64,000 nucleotides of DNA, from NCBI GenBank assembly GCA_038212075.1, contig JBBQUV010000001.1, positions 99,200 through 163,199 of the forward strand. The letters run 5' to 3'. Both the position numbers and the translations under genes were made by a program. This document shows, one piece after another, positions 57,371 to 64,000 of the stretch (position 1 is its first letter; each line of letters opens with the position of its first letter). The DNA comes from Minisyncoccia bacterium. GTDB lineage: Bacteria; Patescibacteriota; Minisyncoccia; Phycocordibacterales; Phycocordibacteraceae. The notes under the pieces were generated by a model. It was given only the letters and a program-made list of their open reading frames with translations, had not been told where the DNA came from and ran no database searches.

Positions 57371-57885
57371 CCGAGAAATTGGAAGTCATTCGAAAACCGT
57401 TCAAAGGCCGTACCCTGCTCGATACCCAGCTTGTAACTTGCACCGTGTCCTACAAGGTAATGTGTCCTGTAGTCCTCACTTGCTAAAACAAAGAACGGAG
57501 CGAAGCCGTCACTCTGAGTTCCATTTTTTAGTTGAAATCCGTCTGGAGAAGTGACCGACGAGTCAAGCGTGAGCTTTTGCGCGTCTTCAAAGGAGATTTC
57601 ACTTCTCGTGTTGGTACTCACATTATATGTGTAAAAATGCGCAATCTGATTATTCGGCGGTCCATAAGGCTTCTGCTCAGCATCGGGCTTAATCTTCAAA
57701 AGACGGCCTTTATCGACTGAGTATTGGTCGCCGTAGTAATACTGGGATCCGGTCATATAGAGAAAGTTGGTTACGGGAGCCGGAGCAAAAAGTGCGGGAA
57801 GATAGATGCTTGCTGCCACGAGAAGCACCATAACGACGGGAATGGCGAGCCCAGCGATAAGCGGAGCATTTTTACGTATATTCAT
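57355..57885 (-). CDS. hypothetical protein with N-terminal TM anchor
   Basis: Start at internal ATG (MNIRKN...). Confidence 0.45.
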   Translation of the reverse strand: MNIRKNAPLIAGLAIPVVMVLLVAASIYLPALFAPAPVTNFLYMTGSQYYYGDQYSVDKGRLLKIKPDAEQKPYGPPNNQIAHFYTYNVSTNTRSEISFEDAQKLTLDSSVTSPDGFQLKNGTQSDGFAPFFVLASEDYRTHYLVGHGASYKLGIEQGTAFERFSNDFQFLGWIIN

Positions 57886-57935
57886 GCGACCATAGTACAC
57901 CATATTTCTCGGTAGATATAAGTGGCTCATGAATA

Positions 57936-57970
57936 GAAAAAAGCCCGCAGAAACTCACTGGCGGGCTTTT
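57936..57970 (-). terminator. Rho-independent terminator downstream of lipoprotein gene
   Basis: Hairpin gcccgc...gcgggc flanked by A-run and T-run. Confidence 0.55.
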
Positions 57971-58153
57971 CATGTTGCGTTCTGCAGCATGTTCTTCTCC
58001 TTGTGTTGTTGAACACCATTACCAAAGTACTATTTTTCTTTTTGTGCAACGTTTGCTGCCTTGTCCACGAAATCTATGAACTGCTCCTGAATCTGATGAT
58101 CCCGGAACAATACTGCGTTCACAAGAAATAGTCTTCCTTGAGACACCCCGTTT

Positions 58154-58612
58154 TTACTGCTTCAGCAAACCGATATGGACGAGGTAGTAATCCCAGTCCC
58201 GTCGGATAAGCCGGTGAGCAGTTTGATCGTAGGTCTCGTTTTTTGCACGAGTACCGGTAGAAGATTTGTCCAAGATGATGCGCGGTTTGTCGCCGCTCAC
58301 ATCCGTAAGGACAAATCGAACGCGCAACTGCGGCGGATTGTCATCACTTTCTGACCGCGTGACCGTAGCCACATAGTCAGAACTGATGGTTTTTCCACAG
58401 CGCGGAACATCGTTCCAGTTGATGTTAAACACTGCGCGGAAGTCTTCCACGTCGGTTGGAAACTTTCCAATGACGCAGATGTCAACCACACGATTTTGGT
58501 ACTTCTCGGACGGACCCGGAGGTGCGTCGGTTGAAATAGCATCGTCTGATGTGGCGCACCCAGTAAGCGCGAATGCCGCCACGAGAGTGGCCGCGATGAG
58601 ATGAAGTCTCAT
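58154..58612 (-). CDS. putative lipoprotein
   Basis: Signal peptide with lipobox LTGC. Confidence 0.55.
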   Translation of the reverse strand: MRLHLIAATLVAAFALTGCATSDDAISTDAPPGPSEKYQNRVVDICVIGKFPTDVEDFRAVFNINWNDVPRCGKTISSDYVATVTRSESDDNPPQLRVRFVLTDVSGDKPRIILDKSSTGTRAKNETYDQTAHRLIRRDWDYYLVHIGLLKQ

Positions 58613-59010
58613 AGCGTCCTCCAGTGGTGTTTTGCGGTCGGAACCTCGTCTGCAGGTTTCGCCGTCGGCACAATTGCCACCGTGGTGTCCGCGTGTGTAC
58701 GAACAACCGTGGGCTGATGACGTACGCGGTGATGCCGCGGGCGTTCCAGCGTCGCACGAACTGCGTGTGCGGGTGGGTTATACGTAGCGACCGTGCGGTA
58801 TCCCGCCGTATCGTACATATGATTCACCGCGCTCAGGAAGTTCGTTTTGATGAACCCGAAGACGAGCGCGACCCCAATGATGAGGACGGCAACGCTCAGG
58901 TTCACGGCTTTATGGCCGTTTACGACCCCGCGGTGTTCAAGCACGTAGCCAATGATGACCAGTGCGAGAACGAAAAACGCGAGGAATATGACGTGTCCGG
59001 TCGTGAACAT
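58609..59010 (-). CDS. hypothetical membrane protein
   Basis: Two TM helices, His/Arg-rich tail. Start at internal ATG (MFTTGH). Confidence 0.45.
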   Translation of the reverse strand: MFTTGHVIFLAFFVLALVIIGYVLEHRGVVNGHKAVNLSVAVLIIGVALVFGFIKTNFLSAVNHMYDTAGYRTVATYNPPAHAVRATLERPRHHRVRHQPTVVRTHADTTVAIVPTAKPADEVPTAKHHWRTL

Positions 59011-59090
59011 GCTGTACTCCTGTACAAGAACACCGCCTCTAGTGAGCGGCAAAGCAATATTACACTATAAAAGCATTAGTGTCAAGTGCT

Positions 59091-60185
59091 TTAACTATGG
59101 AGAAATACCATCACGTCGCCATCAGCAACTACATACTCCTTCCCTTCTGTGCGCACTTTTGCGGCTTCGCGAGCGGCCGCATACGAACCTGCAGAAAGAA
59201 GATCTGCACATGCCACTACTTCGGCACGAATAAATTTGTCTTTAAAATCGGTATGAATGGCGGCACCGGCTTCTGGAGCCTTTGCACCTTTTGAAATTGT
59301 CCATGCACGGGATTCTTTAGGGCCAGTGGTGAAAAAAGTAATGAGTCCCAGCGTTTCGTATGCACCATGAATAAGTTCGGCAAGGCCGTTCACCTGTACA
59401 CCAAACTCTTGGCGAAATACTTCCTGATCACTATCCGCAACATCGTTTAGTTCGCGCTCAGTGTGCGCGTCTACTTGCACATATTTTGAACCAAGCGACG
59501 TGACAAGCTCATACGCACGTTCTGCACGTCCGTCATTCGCTTCGCTTATGTTGTGCCCTCCAGCCTTTCCATTGAAACAGTACAGAATCGGCTTCATGGT
59601 GAGCAGGTTCAAATGACGCACCAGTTTTACTTCTTCATCCGTAAGTGGCGCGGTGCGTGCCAAGCTTCCTTCAGAAAGAACGTGGGCAATTTTCTTAAAA
59701 GCTTCATTTTCCGCAATCGCTTCTTTCAGTCCTGCGCGTACATCGCGTTCCAATTTTTCCAAACGCTTACTCACCTGTTCACGGTCGGCAAGCACGAGCT
59801 CCAAGTTAATCACTTCAATATCGCGAACAGGGTCAACGTCTCCGTGCACGTGGGAAATGTCAGGGTCGTCAAAAAATCGCACCATTTGCAAAATAGCGTC
59901 CACTTCACGAATGTGGGTAAGGAACTGGTTACCCAAACCCTCACCTTCACTTGCACCCTTCACCAGCCCTGCAATATCAACAAACTCAATTGCCGCTGGA
60001 AGTGTCTTTTCGGAACCAGAAAGCTTCGCGAGCGCATTAAGACGAGCGTCAGGCACGCCGACTACACCCACAGACGGATCAATGGTGCAGAATGGGTAAT
60101 TCTCTGCCGGCACCGACTGCTTGGTAAGGGCATTAAAAAGCGTCGACTTGCCGACGTTCGGGAGCCCCACGATTCCGATCTTCAT
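59091..60185 (-). CDS. ychF: ribosome-binding ATPase YchF (Obg-family GTPase)
   Basis: G1 GLPNVGKST, G3/G4 motifs, C-terminal TGS domain; 364 aa. Confidence 0.93.
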   Translation of the reverse strand: MKIGIVGLPNVGKSTLFNALTKQSVPAENYPFCTIDPSVGVVGVPDARLNALAKLSGSEKTLPAAIEFVDIAGLVKGASEGEGLGNQFLTHIREVDAILQMVRFFDDPDISHVHGDVDPVRDIEVINLELVLADREQVSKRLEKLERDVRAGLKEAIAENEAFKKIAHVLSEGSLARTAPLTDEEVKLVRHLNLLTMKPILYCFNGKAGGHNISEANDGRAERAYELVTSLGSKYVQVDAHTERELNDVADSDQEVFRQEFGVQVNGLAELIHGAYETLGLITFFTTGPKESRAWTISKGAKAPEAGAAIHTDFKDKFIRAEVVACADLLSAGSYAAAREAAKVRTEGKEYVVADGDVMVFLHS

Positions 60186-60230
60186 ATGCTGACTTTACGT
60201 GTTTAAAGGTAAAAAAGAAAGCACGAACGA

Positions 60231-60806
60231 TTATCTTCCCTTTCGGGCAAAGGATTCTACTTTTGCGATCCACTTAAGGCGTTTGGTTTCGGAAGCGGAT
60301 TCAGATGGGCCAAACGAAATGATGTTGGTATTGAAACCGGCAAAGCGAAGAATAGACCAGCCAATAGAAGCGGTGTAGTTACCAAATGCAATGTAGTCAA
60401 AAATTGGTAAGTTACTACAAAGAATAATCACGCGTGCGGAGCGGCCCTTAAGGAGTTTGTCCCAACCCAGTTTGTTTTTGTGCATTGAAAAGGCAAAGCG
60501 TGGAAGAAACATTCTGTCCCACATTCCTTTTAACAGAGCCGGCATGCCGCCCCACCAATTTGGAAATACTAAAACAAAGTGTTCACACCACGTGAGGTTT
60601 TGCTGAACAGTGAGGAGATCTGGCTCAAGATCCATACGTGAGCGGTAGCCATGGTGCAAAATTGGATCAAAATTGAGTTCACCAAGATTCATACGACGCA
60701 CTTCGTATCCTGCTTTTTTTGCCGCGCCTTCATACGCGTCGGCAAGCCGACGCGAGAGAGGATCCATGCTGGTATCCGGATGCCCAAGTAAAATAAAGAT
60801 TCTCAT
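60231..60806 (-). CDS. flavodoxin-like fold NAD(P)H-dependent oxidoreductase (quinone reductase-like)
   Basis: MRIFILLGHP... N-terminus and NWWGGMPALLKG segment typical of the Flavodoxin_2/NQO-like family. Confidence 0.7.
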   Translation of the reverse strand: MRIFILLGHPDTSMDPLSRRLADAYEGAAKKAGYEVRRMNLGELNFDPILHHGYRSRMDLEPDLLTVQQNLTWCEHFVLVFPNWWGGMPALLKGMWDRMFLPRFAFSMHKNKLGWDKLLKGRSARVIILCSNLPIFDYIAFGNYTASIGWSILRFAGFNTNIISFGPSESASETKRLKWIAKVESFARKGR

Positions 60807-61327
60807 GACTGTTCTTCTATCTTCACACGGTCACGAGCAAGAACGCGCGCATATCCCCAAAACGCCGCAGAAACGAATATCGCGACAGCGTACGCAGAGA
60901 GGAGCAAGAGATACGGAAAAGAAAATGTTTGGAACGCATCAAGCACCAAAATCATCCACCAGCCAGCAAATACCATAGACGAGCCTACCCACCACGAGAC
61001 AAGGTCTCGTGAAAGCATCCAGCCAACCGCAGTGATAATAAGAATAAGGGTGTTTTGCATCCAGAGTGGCGCGTAGAGCACTGCTTCTGGGGAATTAGGC
61101 AAAAGATATTGCACCACAATAAGTGCAATGCCAGAAAGAAGCACGGTGGTCATGCCCCAGCGAAGTGACCAATACGTAGTGGCAAAGTATTCTCGCTCTT
61201 TTTCGGTAATGCGTCCGTCCGCAATGGCTTTGGTATAAAAAATTTCTGCAAACAACACACCACCTGCACCAAGTGCTGCACCAAGAAGGTGAAGAGCGGT
61301 GAGTGTGGCGGCGATTGCGGAGAGCAT
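60803..61327 (-). CDS. hypothetical membrane protein (5 TM)
   Basis: Hydrophobic 174-aa ORF. Confidence 0.5.
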   Translation of the reverse strand: MLSAIAATLTALHLLGAALGAGGVLFAEIFYTKAIADGRITEKEREYFATTYWSLRWGMTTVLLSGIALIVVQYLLPNSPEAVLYAPLWMQNTLILIITAVGWMLSRDLVSWWVGSSMVFAGWWMILVLDAFQTFSFPYLLLLSAYAVAIFVSAAFWGYARVLARDRVKIEEQS

Positions 61328-61329
61328 TG

Positions 61330-61578
61330 TTAGCGTTGGCCGAGCTGTTGTAGCTCGTTTCGGTATTTCTTCATCACCTCCATCGTCGCTTTCATTTCCG
61401 TCTCGCCACCTTTTTTGCGACGCTCCACTTCTTCACCAATTTTTTTAAAAAGATCTGGATTTTTTTCTACCAACCCCATGATCTGTTCCTGCTTTTCTGC
61501 AGGAACACCCTTCATCTTCCACTTCATTGCCTGACGCAAGAGAAAACTTTGTACTGACATAGGTACAGAATACCACAA
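61330..61578 (-). CDS. hypothetical small charged protein
   Basis: 82-aa Lys/Glu-rich ORF. Confidence 0.4.
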   Translation of the reverse strand: MWYSVPMSVQSFLLRQAMKWKMKGVPAEKQEQIMGLVEKNPDLFKKIGEEVERRKKGGETEMKATMEVMKKYRNELQQLGQR

Positions 61579-61587
61579 TCGCCCTAT

Positions 61588-61992
61588 CTAGCGATGGAGC
61601 AAAATATGCGCACGTAGTGTACGCGTCGCAAAGTACAGCGACAGCATAAATATGAGCGTAAGGAGTGTTGTTAAAAGGCCGGCAGTGAATGCCGACGTGA
61701 AGGTGTGATATCTGTTGAGTGCATCGCCGCCGTATATAAGCAGGCCAATGACGGAGAGAATAACGTTGAGCCATTGGACTCCACGCTGAACAGGGTTGGT
61801 AAGCCCAGCAATGAGAATCAGCGTAATAATCCACATAATCGCCACGATGTTTGAGACCGGAAGACTTGCCGTAGTGAACCCAGCGACAAGCATCACAATG
61901 GCCGCGGCAAGAAAAAGGCCACGAACAATGTCTCCGTAATAATGCACAGGAGGGCGAACTGCGTGATGACCCACTTCGGGTATCTCATCCAT
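61588..61992 (-). CDS. hypothetical membrane protein (4 TM)
   Basis: Hydrophobic 134-aa ORF. Confidence 0.5.
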   Translation of the reverse strand: MDEIPEVGHHAVRPPVHYYGDIVRGLFLAAAIVMLVAGFTTASLPVSNIVAIMWIITLILIAGLTNPVQRGVQWLNVILSVIGLLIYGGDALNRYHTFTSAFTAGLLTTLLTLIFMLSLYFATRTLRAHILLHR

Positions 61993-62026
61993 ATATATTC
62001 ATTATCACACGCTTTAGCCTTGCAAG

Positions 62027-62272
62027 CTAGAGCAGGACGGTGGCTTGGTTGTTTGAAATTTCAGCCACCCCACCCATCACGACAGGAAGTGTGTGCACTT
62101 TTCCTTCCGCGTCTTTAATGCGTGCTTCGCCCGCCTTCAATTCCGAAACGAAGGGTTCGTGGTGCGCAAGCACCGTAAACACGCCCTCAATTCCTGGAAG
62201 GGTTACCGACGTTGCCTCTCCGTCAAAAAGGTTTTCGCCGACTTTTGCTACGGTTAAGTGGAAGGTCTTCAT
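62027..62272 (-). CDS. atpC: F0F1 ATP synthase subunit epsilon (short, beta-sandwich only)
   Basis: 81 aa; matches the epsilon N-terminal domain and lies directly downstream of atpD. Confidence 0.85.
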   Translation of the reverse strand: MKTFHLTVAKVGENLFDGEATSVTLPGIEGVFTVLAHHEPFVSELKAGEARIKDAEGKVHTLPVVMGGVAEISNNQATVLL

Positions 62273-62294
62273 ACGCAGTTATGCACGGTGTGCA

Positions 62295-63674
<1,380 letters not shown>

Positions 63675-63693
63675 TTAGTTACTTTTACCAAAA

Positions 63694-64000
63694 TTATTGC
63701 TCTTGTGCGAGCGTATCGTGCTTAACCGGCATCCCAAGCACTTCAAGCGCCGTTACTTCTTTGCAAAGCTCTCGGTAGAGCGCAAAGAGCGCACCCTCCT
63801 CTTCTGTTGCGTTCTTTTCACTCCAAAGCCGTGAGTCAAGATGCCCTGGGTCGTCCATTTTTTCCTGCACGTGCGGGTTCCATGTACTTATCAATGTTTG
63901 CCAACTATCTATCACATCTTCTGAGTACGCGTATCTTGTAGCAGGTGAAGTCTTATCCGCTTCTTCAAGAGCACGGATAAGCTCTATTTTATGACTCTCG
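63694..64000 (-). CDS. hypothetical protein, 3' end only (continues beyond window)
   Basis: Open frame runs to the window edge. It occupies the position expected for atpG, but the C-terminal sequence does not resemble the gamma subunit. Confidence 0.4.
   Translation of the reverse strand, partial: ESHKIELIRALEEADKTSPATRYAYSEDVIDSWQTLISTWNPHVQEKMDDPGHLDSRLWSEKNATEEEGALFALYRELCKEVTALEVLGMPVKHDTLAQEQ

Noticed and set aside
63694-64000. Calling the partial upstream gene atpG
   Set aside because: The C-terminal sequence does not match the conserved gamma-subunit C-terminus. It is left as hypothetical.

Overview
This 64 kb window is densely packed bacterial chromosome (about 48-50% GC, standard genetic code, short intergenic gaps, many 1-14 nt gene overlaps). 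Most of it is housekeeping and fits a small, streamlined genome, possibly a Patescibacteria/CPR-like lineage; that placement is inference. Recognisable content includes a 5'-truncated RND efflux pump, ctp, corA, cysS, dnaB, recR, rplU, rmuC, tRNA-Glu(CUC), a 3D-domain protein, a compact scpB-dacA-mraY-ftsW cell-wall cluster, scpA, pepA, aspS, trpS, a CsgG-family protein, tRNA-Tyr(GUA) converging on tyrS, dnaJ-dnaK-grpE, a ribosomal cluster (infA-rpmJ-rpsM-rpsK-rpsD-rpoA-rplQ-rplM-rpsI), a short alaS, an M13 peptidase, ung, mnmA, mltG, leuS, ychF and atpD-atpC. There are no rRNA genes and no CRISPR array. The most unusual stretches are: (1) the 2 kb downstream of tRNA-Glu, where the tRNA 3' end is reiterated three times directly and once inverted, including a perfect 33-bp direct repeat pair, followed by a PIN-domain toxin pair and decayed ORF fragments, which looks like a degraded integration hotspot; (2) a small nuclease/repair islet next to ung, with a C-terminal-only MGMT, a Cas4-like PD-(D/E)XK nuclease and an ATP-cone-fused PD-(D/E)XK endonuclease; (3) a sigma-70 region 4 + HARE-HTH fusion protein beside a 476-aa uncharacterised membrane protein that is translationally coupled to mltG; (4) a GC-rich (about 60-65%) LysM gene inserted between the ribosomal operon and grpE; (5) a Cys-less (zinc-independent type) L36 sitting inside the main ribosomal operon.
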